Both the position numbers and the translations under genes were made by a program. From Phoronis australis (lineage: Eukaryota; Animalia; Phoronida): a stretch of 64,000 nucleotides of DNA. The notes under the pieces are model-generated. The model was not told where the DNA came from. It was given only the letters and a program-made list of their open reading frames with translations, and did not search any database. The stretch spans positions 1,506,944 through 1,570,943 of the forward strand of contig NMRA01000017.1 in the NCBI GenBank assembly GCA_002633005.1. The letters run 5' to 3'. Positions 12,807-25,859 of the stretch are shown here, piece by piece; position 1 is the first letter of the stretch; each line of letters opens with the position of its first letter.

Positions 12807-13257
12807 CTGAAAAATTAGGATTGGAAACTAAAACACATGTTAAACAACACTTCATTATTTCTAAAAGATTCTCAAGTATTTTTAGTAAACATTCACTTTC
12901 TTTCATACTTAAAATGCCATTTTATCTCTGTGAATGACACCAAGGATAGAAGACTATCATATAATTCACAGCAAAATGTTCTAAGCAGCCAACGGTTGCT
13001 GAGCTTTTCGTCTGAATCACATATTATGCGACTGAGGAAACAGGTATCATAACTGCTTTAATTTTGAAATGTGGTGCTGCCAACATAAAATATAAGTTCA
13101 TGTTTAAATTGTAAGTGTTGTTCCATAGTTTAACTAGTTGAAATGCATGTTTGATCAAATTCGCTCCTGGTGATACTCAACATCAACTTGCACAAAAAAT
13201 TTTTGAAAGACCTGAAGACATAAAAGTTTCACAGACAACGTATGACTCAGTTCGTAC

Positions 13258-13342
13258 CTGGTATCTTCACAAGAATGTTGAAGTCGACAGTGTATTCGTC
13301 AGTCAGCAGTTCAGCATCCACTGCAGATTGTTCACATGAGCT
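13258..13342 (-). CDS. Juxtamembrane exon (end of ZP-C-like module, EHP-like strand)
   Basis: tttgtag|AGC...CCAG|gtacga; SSCEQSAVDAELLTDEYTVDFNILVKIP; phase 0 to 1 fits both neighbours. Confidence 0.8.
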
Positions 13343-14584
13343 CTACAAACATGGAGAAGTATGGTAATACAACACAGCAGAGCTACAACATGAAAAACAA
13401 CCATCACATACTACTCAAGATGGAAATGTAGACATGTCCTTCGTCTGAGATGTCTGGAGTTAGGCAGTGAAACAACTGAGACAGGCATCATCTCTCTGAC
13501 AGTGCATGCTGACCATGATTTTAAAAACAAACGTATACAACGAAGGAAACCCAGGTGCAACAGACACCCATCATGTGCAGTGCACACAGAAGTCATATGA
13601 ATGGGTGATAATTAATTCAAACGACACAAGACACAGTGCTCAGTACATAAAGTATATTTACCCTTCTGAAAAACAATGTTAGCCAGTCTTCAAAACAAAC
13701 ACATTGTTGAGTTTCATAAGAATAGGGCCGTCCCGCATTACACAGCGACACTCAAATCTCGCTCCATTTACCCACAATGCCATCAACATCCGTCAAGCAC
13801 ATTTGCTGCCTCGTTTTTGTGCCACTGGAGTTTCGTGTTATTGTTGTCTGATTCTTAACAAGTTTTTTCTTGGATGGATAACTCTATTCATCCTTCCAAT
13901 GCCAACAAAGTAGTATTGCTGTGCTGTGGGCATGAGAAAGGAGAAACTGGACAAATAGCCGTGGATATGTGATCTGAAATTCTTGTCGTTCCCGACATCA
14001 ATGAGATACATGTCTGAATATGTGTCTGATTTCCAAAATGAGGTCACCCGCTTTCTTATTTCCAGGATAAAGGAGAGCCCTATCAATGTGTAATCTGGGA
14101 TGGCCTTAATCTTCTAGTAGAAGTTCCGCAAATGCCTAAACTGACATCACAGTACAGATCACAACCATTTAAGAAGCATTATCTGCAAAATCACAAACTA
14201 TTGGCAGAGGCAAGTTAAAATTCATGAATTTTGACAATGAGGTTTTACTAAAGATATGAAATAATAAAGGAAAAAGTAATTTTAAAAAATCCTTAAAATG
14301 TTTTGTAAGAATTTCAGTACATCCAATATTCCCATGTATTCCTATGGGAGAATGGCTAACAAGTGTGTTCGAGCAGCAGAATTTCCATACACTAAACTAA
14401 GATGAAATAAAAATATCTCATCATCAAAACCGTGGGAAAGTTTAGAAACTTTCTGTGAAATACCAACCCAATACGTATTATTTTGCCAATTCTATGTAGC
14501 TCACAAGCATTGAAGGTAAAATTGCAATTTACCAAAATAAGAAGAGTAGTTCGCGTCTGTGATATACAGCAATTTTCTTCGAAA

Positions 14585-15175
14585 TTTAGCTCTATTTATG
14601 TACAGATACCTCGCTTTTATTTAATAATTAGCAAAATTATGTTAAATTGATGTATTGACCTTGAACTGCTTATTGTCTGTAAAATAGCACCAGGCAGTTT
14701 TGAATTAAAATAGTGATCATTAACAGGCCCTGGTAGACTTGACTTCCTGGATCGTTAACTTTAAAACTCGAATGTTATCAAAACTCCACTCCTAAACGGC
14801 CTGGATCAAAACATCACCCTGACTGGCTTTTGTTACGTCCGTAACATATGGTGATAGATACTTACGAGGGAATCGCCTCACTAGGCTCAGTTCGTGAATT
14901 AATTTGAGCCAGTTGAATAACGGTAAATTGCTTAACTCACTTATCAAACTAGGAAAGGCTGCAAACACAGTTGGAACTTTTGTCGACTTACAATTTTAAG
15001 TTAACTGACTATATAGGAAGTCGAGACTGCCACGGTCTGTTAATGATCGTTAATTTTCGTTCAAAACTGCCTGGTGCTATTTTATAAACAAGCTATTCCA
15101 TGCAAAGTAAATACAACAATTCAACATACTTCTGCTAATTATTAAATAATACCAGGTATCCGTAATAGAGCCAAA
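14585..15175. mobile_element. MITE with about 185-bp imperfect inverted arms
   Basis: aaaatagcaccaggcagttttgaa (about 14681) vs ttcaaaactgcctggtgctatttt (about 15060); tttaataattagca vs tgctaattattaaa. Confidence 0.75.
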
Positions 15176-15275
15176 TACATTAGTACTGCTCAGACGTAAA
15201 GGTGAAGGTGAACCCTTCAAATGTGGAGTGGCCAATTAAAAAAAAACAAAAAAAAAACAAATAGGATAAACTTAC

Positions 15276-15468
15276 CGCAAGGCAGAATTGTTGGTTTGGT
15301 TTTGAACATATTCTTATCTTGGCTGTATAAACTATCGATTCAATGGCGTCTGGTCCCACGGTTCCTAATCCGGAAACATTCCAAGCTGGAGAAATGGCCA
15401 TAAATATCTGATCGTCTTCTCTCAGCCTTGAGAATCCGTCTGTTGGTGTGTTCGTCTTGTGAAAACAT
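15276..15468 (-). CDS. ZP-C-like exon
   Basis: tttctttag|A...GCG|gtaagt; (G)CFHKTNTPTDGFSRLREDDQIFMAISPAWNVSGLGTVGPDAIESIVYTAKIRICSKPNQQFCLA; phase 2 to 0. Confidence 0.85.
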
Positions 15469-16045
15469 CTAAAGAAAAATTGTCTTTTATGATATGATTA
15501 CTGCAATTATGGAAAATATTTCTAATCGTTAGCACAATTTGTAAATGTTATTCACTATCAGGATAAAAAAGAAAATGTAAATAATGCAGTCTCATAAATA
15601 GAAAACTACATCAACGCTGACTTGTGCAAAAGTATACTGAAAAAAGCAATTATTGTCCCTTTTATACAATGCTACGAAGTATAAATGACATTTAAGTCTA
15701 ACCTTCTGTCAATCATAACAAGAGCAACGCAGAGAGTTGAAATGCGCCACAAATGTGTGTTTCTAAGGGCGTTTTTAAGGTAACTTGTAAAAATGGCAGA
15801 ATACGTCAAGCCACCTAAACGTGCGACGGCGTCATCATATCTCTAACACAAAACCACTTGACATTAGGGGGCACAGCAGTAGTCAAAGTCGTCCAAAAAG
15901 TCAAGAGCAGACGTTGCCACACTTATAAGGAAAACGCCTGCAAAAGTTAACAAAGTTTCAGCCATGGTTACAAAAAAACAAAATCACCACTAGGGGACGC
16001 CTGTAATCAGACACATCTGAAAATCAACATCAGCCATGGTCTTTT

Positions 16046-17948
16046 TATGGGCAGCGAAAAGGTTCAAAGACAACACTGTTGAACAAACATACAGTTTATT
16101 TGGTTCAGTTTTGGCATACAGACAGGTTATTTAGCGAACTAATAAGTTAGTTGCGCTGAACAGCTAGGTTACTTGTCGAACGAACATGTCATTTCTAACA
16201 AACAGACACTCGGGATAGTTGTCAAATGAGCATGTTGGAACTGCCAAACAGATGTAGTTGTCGAACAGACAGAACAGAAAGCGCTGTCGCAATTCAAGAT
16301 TGTTGACGTCATGAAGTAATCAAATGAGCCCCGTAATGAGCACAAAAATTCCTTTTGGTTGGTGTGCAGTGAAGAATTTCCTTCATAGGACTGTTTTTAA
16401 TTTGTCATCGTGATGCGTTTGTTGAAATCAAGCTGCTCAAAAAGCAAAAGTAGAACTGTTGACGACCACGTAGGTAAACACACCTTAACGTTGGGTGCTG
16501 TATTTGGTGTACATTGCTAAGTTAGTTTTGCGTATATACAACATTTTTTGTTTCAAATTTTTAAAAACACTATATTATGACACTTTCTCCAATCATGTTT
16601 ATCAAAATACCGCTGGAAATGAAATACCCGGATAGCCTCGAATTTATTTTGAGTTACCTTTATTTACTATGCACAACAATTTTTCCTCCTTGCACTAACA
16701 ATACTCTGCACTACATATCAGTACTGAGGGTCAATGTCAAAACTTCAACAATCACATTTGTTACTTTGGCATCATACCCACAAAGCCATACATGATTTTT
16801 GTTTCATATGAAGTTATAATCATAACATAGCAAGTCTAAGCTGTGTCACATAGTTTTCAGCATTGGTAATTGTCAACAGTTGACAGGGTTTCTCTGAATT
16901 GATCTTATCTTTCAATTAAGATTTCCTGAACAAACCATAATCCACAGTTAGCAAACTGTAGCATTAAGTAAGGGGTGCCGGAACAGGCTCCTGAAAATTT
17001 CTGTTAATTTGCCGTGGATTATAAAATACTCGACCACTTTGCAACAGTTAAATCTCTTGGTCTATTTACACCGACCTCTCGACTACACTGTCACAATGTG
17101 GTGTAGTGGTTAAGGTGCTGGACTCAAAATATCTGTCGTTTCAGAAGTCGTGGGTTCAAATCCCTCCTCGGACAATATATAATCAAAAATCAAACCATGA
17201 TGTGAGTGCCACATAATCTGTGCTTGTTCTTCTAAGAACGCAGGAACACGGCTGACGATGGCCGGAGAAAAGTCACCGACCAAAACGTTGTGACAGTGTA
17301 AATAGTCAAGAGGTCAGTGTAAACAGACCAAGAGATTTTAATCATAGTTGTAACTCGCCACCACCTAGTCAGAGCAGTTTTAGAAAATCCATCACTTTGC
17401 CAAGCGACACTTGTGTAATTTACAAGGAAAGTTCGCGCTCTCTTGCACTTCAATTTCACTTGCGCCAAGCAGGAGCTTCAAAACGTCCAGTGGCACAAAG
17501 CTGCAGCAAAACCCCATAAGTTCTTGTCCCACCCCAAAATAAAAATACTATAATGCAGGTTTGGGTCAGTCATTGAGACTCTGTGACGTCATTTGTTTTC
17601 AAGTAGTGTCCTCTGTTTGATTGCCATGCTTTTTTGTCTTGTTCGTTTCAGTAACAGATATCATGTGTTGACAGTTGATTTAATTATTTGAAAGTTGAGC
17701 CTCCCAGATTACTTACTGTTTTGCAACCTGCTTAATCACTTGCCAACTTACTTGTTTGTTCACTTGTTTATCTGATAAAATCTGCAAAGGTGTCTTGTCT
17801 GTTTGGAAAACCATTATAAAGCATTGACTTGTTTATTTGACGAATCATTTGTCTGTTTAGAAAACTACTACTCAATCTATTTGTCAAACTACTTAATGTT
17901 TAATTGGCAGTGTTGTGTATTTTGAATTGAACCTTTTCGATGCCCATA
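16046..17948. mobile_element. Unclassified TIR element with short subterminal tandem repeats, nested in the HINE
   Basis: TATGGGCAGCGAAAAGGTTCAA at 16046 vs TTGAACCTTTTCGATGCCCATA ending 17948; degenerate ttgtcgaac repeats on both sides in opposite orientation. Confidence 0.7.
17090..17174 (+). pseudogene. tRNA-Leu(CAA)-like pseudogene or SINE head
   Basis: GTC...TAGTGGTTAAGG (A box), GACT-CAA-AA anticodon loop, long variable arm, GTGGGTTCAAATCCC (B box), GACA 3' end; acceptor and anticodon stems are mismatched. Confidence 0.6.
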
Positions 17949-18686
17949 CATTCTCATAAGAAACCCAACTGCTAAGTTTAATAATGATCCTTTGTGCACA
18001 TTGGCAGATAAAAAAGTGGAGGCCAAAAATACCACTAGGAAGTACAGAATACCTGGAAGCTGTCTGAAAATGAAATAAAAAATGTCGTCTCCTTAATAGA
18101 AACTTATTAGTCAAATTTCGCAAAAAATCTATCCATGAACTCCACCGATACAGAGGCACATGTAAAAAACTAAAAAACTAAAATTGCCACTACAGGGCAC
18201 AGCTGTCGTTGGATTGGTCAGAAACTCGGCATCATTCGTTGCCATTTCCAAAGAAACACATCAGCCAAATTTCAGAAATTTCCTAAGAGTTAAGGAGATA
18301 CAGCTATTGACGCAAAACTAAGATTTGCCATAAAGGAGAATGTCGTTTTTAATATCTGTTAATAGGACAAAACCGATTTTGTATCCTTTTAATAGAATCT
18401 TATTTGCCAAATTTCATGAAAATCCATCGAGGAATCCCAAAGACACAGGGGCAAACGTAAATAAGCTAAAATTGCCCCCTAGCACAGAGGTAGCCAGATT
18501 GGTCTGAAACTTGTTGTCATCTGCTGTCAACTCCATCTGTCAAAATTTCACAAAAATCCTGCAAAGGGTAAACTGAGGAGATAATCTAATAAATATCTGT
18601 AGATGTAAAAAAAAAATGGCTACTGGGACAGCGAACCTGTCCCAATATCAATATTTTTAACAGTTTGGGGGGTAGGGGGGGGGGGG

Positions 18687-18689
18687 NNN
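18687..18689. other. Assembly gap (NNN) in a poly-G run
   Basis: ggggggnnng read directly. Confidence 0.95.
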
Positions 18690-20912
18690 GGGAGAGAAAT
18701 CAAGGTGGAGGTTGAGGATAGTGTAGATTTATGTTTTGTATGCTAATGAGAATAGAGAGAATTTTCAACAATCCCTAATCTTTGATTCTACTTATTACTG
18801 ACTCAAAAGTAATAAAAATGGCCACTAGGTGGTGCAGAATATGTTAAATACATCCCCAAAATGGAAAAGTGCTTTCGTCATAACAAAAATTGCTTTGCCA
18901 AATTTTATTGCACAATGCATTGAATCTGTCCAACATATGACGGGAAGGTTTGCAAAGTTTGTTCGAAGAAAGGAGGGTTGTCCTTGTGAACATTTCAATG
19001 GAGCTGTGCATTGTGCAAGCACAACCGCCCTAAACTTATTAATTCACATTCAAGTAGTTGTGTGGCAATAGGTGACCTTATTACACCGTTACCCTATCAG
19101 TTGTCTGTGGTGCATCAATTAACCAGAGCATTTGTTTGCCATTGATCAAAATCCGAACTACAGAAAGAGTGAATAGCTTTATTAGGTTTCAGTTAAATGA
19201 CTTGTCAAGACTGACGGTTGCTATGACAGACAATTCCATGGCGAGGAATTCTGTTTGTACCCGGTCATCATGACATGGAATAATGGGCCTTTTACTGATT
19301 TTTTGGCTTATTCTGTACAAGCTAGATTTCACTATATGTTCTTTTCAGACCTGCATTGGAGTACTCTGAACACCATGACAAAAAAGAGGAAAATTTTTAC
19401 TGCCCCAAAAACACATTACGATCTAAACAAGCATACCTCAATATAACGAAAGTAAACATTATTAATTGCCTCTAGGGGGCACACCGGTAATCAGGTCCGT
19501 CCGAAAGTTCGCTCATGCTGTCCCATTCATCAATGGAACATATGTGCTAAATTTCATGAACGTATGTCAAAGGGTTTTGGAGATAGAGCAGCGGACGCCT
19601 GGACGGACGCCACCTAGACGGACGGACGGACAAAGATGATGGCATAATGCATCCACATATAAATATGTGGGCACATAAAAAGCGGAAATCCGCGTTTCTG
19701 CGGAAAATTCCAAGCCTTGCAAGACATTGTCATTCATTGGAATAACGTGGCAAAAACAGATGTTCCCTTCTTTCAGAAGCTACTTTTTTCACAGCTCGGA
19801 ATATGCGACTACTCCTGCTTGGCCATTTTGTCAACAGTACATATTTAGCCGTAAATAGTCGGAATTAGATGAAGTAAGCAATCCACAAATCAGAGAAGTC
19901 GTTGCTTATAGGTTAGGCCTGTGACACACATACCGATAGATAGAGGCCTCGTGATTCGCCGATTATCAGGCTATTTCCAGAATGAAACGAATTAAGTTAA
20001 CTTTGTAGATCAACTTTTTGGCTAAAATAATATTTTTACAATATTTTTTTAATTTTTGACTTTAAAATCTTCCTTGCCCGTTTTGACTACAAATCGGCGT
20101 ATTTATTGAGAAACAAGCGAATTAATCTCTTTTGAATTTGCTGAATTTGCGTATTTTTGTCTGGCCGTGCGTACTTGTGTACCGGAGGCTTGATTTTCGT
20201 ATGAATCCGCACTTTTTGCGTATGGTACACAGGTCTGCCTTTTACATGGTTTTGAAGACGGAGATCTGAACATTGCATTCAAAACTCGTACATCTGGAAA
20301 TAGGCAAGTGCAATCCAAACCTTTATAGCAACATATCTGACCCGTTTTATGAAGATTCATCTAGTAACGTGTTAGGCATTGGAAGTAGATTAAACTAAAA
20401 TTGTCATTGGGGGCACAGAATTAGAAGGATCCACCCAGCCACAATTAGCTTCATAGAAACTCATAACATAAACTGGCAATCCTTGAACAGGTTTAGGACA
20501 CAAGTGAATACAATAGAATGAATACACACAACATGCATGTTGTGTGTATTCATTCTCTCGATAATACAGCTCAGTGGAAGTTTTGAAACACTGAGCTCTA
20601 ATAATAAAGATGTAATTTTTTAAAACCAATTTTAGCCTCATGTTATGGCCAAAAACTAACAAAATTGTCAGACAAAATTGAGCAGACTCCACAAATTAAA
20701 AGTGCTACCCATGCTGGAATCACAACTGCACAATACTACAAGAGGTTTGGCTGATACCTGGATGCCAAACAATTGGAGACAAAAGCAATATGCACCACTA
20801 GTGGGTGCATAAAAACAATCATGTTTTCCATTTACCATGTTCGTTATGAAGATTTAAAGGAACAAGACAGGTATATCTGATGAGACGCTGCAATAAAAAC
20901 TTATATTCATAC

Positions 20913-20994
20913 CCATTCTCCATCAGTGTCGCGTTCACCCAAGTTTTGTTTTCAGAATAAGAGAGAAGATCAATGGCTGTTATTCCTTTAGCAA
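20913..20994 (-). CDS. ZP-C-like exon
   Basis: ttttttcag|TT...GG|gtatga; (I)AKGITAIDLLSYSENKTWVNATLMEN(G); phase 1 to 2, giving the ZP-like 'LMENGC' with the next exon. Confidence 0.82.
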
Positions 20995-21477
20995 CTGAAA
21001 AAAGATCATGATAGAGTTAATGAACAATTAATCATTTCAGTTCCTTGTATTAATTTTCAACATGAAATTACTTGAGCAAATCTTAGTTTACATGATGCAG
21101 TGAGGTGCTATATTGCATATGGAGCACTGTGTTTTTATGAACACTGAACAATAAAAATTTATTAAATATGACACTATTTGAGATTCAAACTAAGTTTATT
21201 GGTTATTCTCAAGACCTCGAATAAGATTCATCTGGCTGGGATCCAGACTGAGTAGTTGTGTCTGTCAGAGATTGACTGCAGGTTTACTTACAAGTAGCTA
21301 GAGTATGCCTTGAGATTGTGCATAGATGGGGAGATAATGATTAAATCTAGTAATTAATTTATTGAATGATAACTGTTGTTAATTAAGTAATCAAATACAA
21401 AGAAGAGTAACTATGCTAGTGCCCTCTGGAGCTTACTTCAATCAATCAACCAAAATAATCAAATGCCTTATCTGCTA

Positions 21478-22830
21478 CATTATGGCGTTTACCCGTTGAT
21501 CCCAACTTGTTCGATTCTATAGCTCAACAATAAGTTGGGAAGATGACCCCTGTAGCCAATATTTTGCACGACTGATAAACTCCATTCTGGCATTTATGGT
21601 TGGAGGCCAACTGTCGTTTGTTCGATAATTGCTCTAATCTCCAATAAGATCGTTAATCTAGCCTAACTGGGCTGTGCTGTTAAAAATAAAAGTTAAGTTA
21701 TTACATATTTGCACATAGTACTTCTGAATTCCTCATCAAATGCTGTTTATGTTTAGTTTTTGAATCACCAAAATGGCCCACCTTAACAACCGAAGTTACA
21801 ACAACCTATTCTTTCAGAACATATCCATTCGCTCTGGGTTTGACTGTTCACACGTCATCTGTAATCACAGATGTCGTCAGCTTCTGATTGTCCCCAATAC
21901 ACTATATATAATACTACAAGGTACGACACTCCGGACTAGAAATTCCACGGGTGCTTCATTTCTGCCATCCATAGCAAACACAAAAATCAATAAATTTACA
22001 CAAAACAGAGGTTCAAGAAACCATGAGGAATTGTCCTTTCTCCCAATACCATTTGCAGTGTCCTGCTCCACCGAGTTTGCAAGAAATTCATGGATAAAGC
22101 ACAAAAATCTTCCCAAAATGCTCGTCCGGAGCAAGTCTCTGGTCCCACGCCAAGGGTACATAATTATCCGATGAGTTACGGATGAATGGCAATTACCGAT
22201 TCGTCACGAAAAGTTACGGCATCGATAACTCGGCATTTCTTGGGAACTCGGTGGAACAGAACATTGCAAATGATATTGGGAGAAAGAGCAATTCCTCATG
22301 GTTTGTTGAACCTCTGCTTTGTGTAAATTTATTGAGTTTTGTGTTTGCTATGGACGGCTGAACTGAAGCACCCGTGTAATTTCTAGTCCGTAGTGTCATA
22401 CCTTGTAGTATTATACATAGTGTATTCATTGGTGACAATCAGAAGCTGAGGACGCCTGTAATTACAGATCACATGTGAACACAGTCAAACCCAGAGTGAA
22501 TAGATACGTTCGGAAAGAATAGGTTGTCCAAACTTCGGTTGCAGGTGGGCAATTTTGGCGAGTCAAAAACTAAACATAAACAGCATTTGATGAGGAATTC
22601 AGAAATGCTATTGGTTTATGTTCAAATATGTAATAACTTACCTTTTATTTTGAACAGCCCAGTCAGGCTAGATATGATCTCATTGGAGATTAGAGCAATT
22701 ATCGAACAAAAAAGATCTGGCCCTCCAATCATAAATGCCAGAATGGAGTTTATCAGTCGTGTAAGATATTGGCTACAGGGGTCATCTTCCCAACTTGTTA
22801 TTGGGTAAGTTGGGATCAGTGGGAAAACAT
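21478..22830. mobile_element. Foldback/MITE: about 600-bp inverted arms around a short spacer
   Basis: 21478-22095 is the reverse complement of 22230-22830 (e.g. gttgggaagatgacccctgtagccaatat vs atattggctacaggggtcatcttcccaac). Confidence 0.9.
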
Positions 22831-23160
22831 GATCAGCATATCTTAGTTGGGTGGTATAAGCCACAGCGCCAACAGTCAGTCACACATTTTGGCCACTGAA
22901 AACATTGTTTAAACAATTTGCCAAGTCTCCACAAAAAAGTTGCATAATGTTGCCACAAGAGAAATGGTAGTTGAAAAACAGGGCAGAACAGCAGCCATAA
23001 AACTGCAAAGTTAATCTAACACAATACGGAAGGCACATTACTGACCACTTGAAGTTTTTCCTCTCAAAACATGAAATGAAAAACATGTGAAACAAATCAA
23101 CTGAAATCATCATTGTTTTATAATCCACTAAAAATGAAACAGAAGGCCAAGTGCACATAC

Positions 23161-23273
23161 TAGAAGTCTTGTTCAATGACAGCACAGCCACCACAGTCTC
23201 GTGCTGGTTCACAATATCAATGGAGTCATCTGGGAAGCCGTATTTTGCCACATGAGCAGTGATTTGTGGTCTC
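23161..23273 (-). CDS. ZP linker/ZP-C-like exon
   Basis: ccttgtag|G...A|gtatgt; (K)RPQITAHVAKYGFPDDSIDIVNQHETVVAVLSLNKTS; phase 2 to 1. Confidence 0.82.
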
Positions 23274-23814
23274 CTACAAGGTGACAAAATTTAATATTAA
23301 CTGTTTGTGTAATTAGCATGACAACATTACAACTCACATTCACTGCACTGACAAATTTTACCACGGACGTTCAGGCTGGTGCATACAGGGTAGCTTTCCC
23401 CCACACAGCACTGTTCCACAAAATAACACACTCCCTGAAACCTATTATACTAAAAACAGCAAATTGAGAGCATGCGCGAGCACAAGTCCTGCATTGACGT
23501 GAGCAATCAATGCATACAACCACCACAGGGTCAGACTTCGGTGCACACATCAAAAACACAATAACCAGGCAGCAGGCTGTATGGTGAGTGACTATTTTTA
23601 ATGATAGTTTCATCACAGCGTATATCTATGGATTCTGGTATTATTGTGTTCATATGGCAGATTGATCAAAACGTTTATCCTGACCAAAATTGTTTTTGTT
23701 GGATATCTTCCAAGGAGGAACAGATTGGGTACAAGTCTGACGAAGAAAGAAAATAAGAAAGTCACAATCAGAATTTTGTTAACTTCTGTCTAGATTTACA
23801 TTTAATTTATTAGA

Positions 23815-24400
23815 TACATCAAGTCCAATAAGCGCCCATGCCCTATAAGCACCCCCATACATTTTCAGACTGCTAAAATAAGTGCCCAGCCCATAACGTG
23901 TGAGAAAAATGACTTAACTATAGTCATCGGGAACTATCTATTCATGAAACGGGTAGCATAACATGGGCAAGAAATAAATATTGACACTTATTTCCAAACG
24001 TTTCCAATACCGTAAAAAACATTTGCGTTATTTTTAAGAGAAATTATTAAAGTAATCATAATTTGTGTTTTTAAAGTCAAAATGACCCACTGATAGTGAA
24101 CACTTCTGCACCCTAACACCTCGCGAATCTCTCAGAAAATAACTGTTAGACTGTCACGCATCCAGAACCTGGCCACTCAATGACATTCAATATTGGCCTT
24201 ACTGAAATAATTCTCTAACGCTTTTTTACCAGATGAGATCAACAAGTGCTAAATAAAACATGTTCTGTTTTACTCCTTGTGTTAATTTCTTTAGTTACAA
24301 TGTACACCTAGATCTTTACATTGTGTTTTCTCTGGCAAATGAACTCTGATGACACGCATGCCCTCACCGAGTTTGTTACACATACTTATAAGTACCATAT
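23815..24400 (+). mobile_element. Truncated copy of the 31800-33135 element family
   Basis: aataagcgcccatgccctataagc and tattcatgaaacgggtagcataac...taccgtaaaaaac are collinear with 31810-32560. Confidence 0.7.
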
Positions 24401-24901
24401 TGCTGAAAAATTAATAAATTTTTATTAAAAACTTTGAATATGATAGCTACTCTGCGAAATGGTAAAATTTTATTGTTCGCGATTACTTCATGTAGCAGTT
24501 GTTTACTTAACGAGAGATACGAGAATGGTCTCTCCTAAGATGTGCATGCCTGAATGAATAGATGTACTTATTTGTTTGTTTGTTTTGTAAAACAACAAAA
24601 AACAACTTGATTAATGTTTTCCGGTATTCTGACTAACGTAGGGTAGAAAAATTCATGCTAGAAACATTAAGTAATTTTTTTCTATTGCTATTTCATAACA
24701 GTTGTCTAAAATATATTAAAATTTGGACTTATCACTGATCATAATTTATCCTCAAAACGAAAGAGCTCTAATTTTTCAGAAGCTATTAAATTTCATTTCA
24801 GTTATCAACCATTCCACCTAAGTGTCGTCAAAACATCCATGATATGTGATGTTCCCACTTTGCTTGATGTTCTTGTGCAGCACACTCTTAAGACTACTTA
24901 C

Positions 24902-25041
24902 TTGGCCGAAAGCCTAATATCTGGCACTTGACCGACACACCTATCGGTATGACAATCAATGACAAATGTGGCATCACCTCCCGTCAAATAACCTAGATTA
25001 TGGATCATGTGGAACTTGAATACAGTTGAGGTAGCAGGGAT
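24902..25041 (-). CDS. ZP-N-like exon (last strands)
   Basis: gttttatag|ATC...AA|gtaagt; IPATSTVFKFHMIHNLGYLTGGDATFVIDCHTDRCVGQVPDIRLSA; phase 0 to 2. Confidence 0.83.
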
Positions 25042-25335
25042 CTATAAAACAAATTGTTAAAGTCATTATTCCTATGGAAAAACAAAAAAGGTGATAAACA
25101 GGTATTTTTCCCTCAAGTAATGGACGTGTTCATGAAATGTATCTTCTGAGCGACAATGTATGAATTTCTAGCTGGAGTAATTTTTTACCCAAAGGAAGAG
25201 GAAAATATTTTTTGTAAATAATGCCCATGAAGCTAATGTCATTTTAAATTGCTGTAACAGAGCATTTTGCCTTTTAGCTAATATTCAAACAAACTCAGGC
25301 TATGCAATCACGTCTGTGAAAAAATGGTTGCAAGT

Positions 25336-25600
25336 AGTCTACATAGGGGTTACAGATCAGGAATGTTCCAAGAAAACTGACCTAGCTAAGACAAATCTCA
25401 ATTTTCAGTCAAACTTAAAATAAAACAAATTTGTCTCAAGTCCTTTTCAAGAAAGAGATTTTAAGTTTGAATGAAGTTTCTGACTTAAGTTTTACCTTAA
25501 TTTCGACTTATTAAACCAGATGTAGAAGTTTCAAAGTTTGGGAGTTGAGACAAATCTTAGACTTAAGTAAAAATGGACACTTTCTTGGAACGGGCTCCAG
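25336..25600. mobile_element. Short MITE, possibly PIF/Harbinger-like
   Basis: gttccaagaaa at the left end vs tttcttggaacgggctccag at the right end. Confidence 0.4.
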
Positions 25601-25654
25601 TATTACAAACATTCACAGTAGCATAGTATCAAGCCTGTGACCAGTCCTACTCAC

Positions 25655-25820
25655 TGGCACCGCATTGCATGTCTTATTTCTTCTTGATTGGCCAATGCTC
25701 AAGGACAAGATCGTGTGGTTCCCTTGCTTGTCTTCATAACACAGAGGATTGGTCATCTGACTGCTGGAATTGCCCTCATGCAAGAATAATCTTTCAAACT
25801 GATTGTCTGTTACACTGGGT
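25655..25820 (-). CDS. ZP-N-like exon
   Basis: cctacag|A...CCA|gtgagt; PSVTDNQFERLFLHEGNSSSQMTNPLCYEDKQGNHTILSLSIGQSRRNKTCNAVP; only open frame, phase 2 to 0. Confidence 0.72.
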
Positions 25821-25859
25821 CTGTAGGTAATCTGAATTCCACTAACTTGTCCATTAGTT

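Larger units (their letters stand above)
15718..19680 (+). mobile_element. Helentron-associated non-autonomous element (HINE/DINE-1-like) with nested insertions
   Basis: 5' ACAAGAGCAACGCAGAG..AAATGCGCC; internal core repeats (aaattgccactaggggg...ccaaatttcatgaaaatcc); (GGAC)n tract; 3' hairpin ccacatat-aa-atatgtgg followed by gcacataaaa. Confidence 0.65.

Noticed and set aside
17090-17174. Functional tRNA-Leu gene
   Set aside because: Acceptor and anticodon stems do not pair properly; reported as pseudogene/SINE head only
21773-22864. ORFs of 74-133 aa as protein-coding genes
   Set aside because: They lie in the mirrored arms of the foldback element and resemble each other only for that reason; no domain motifs
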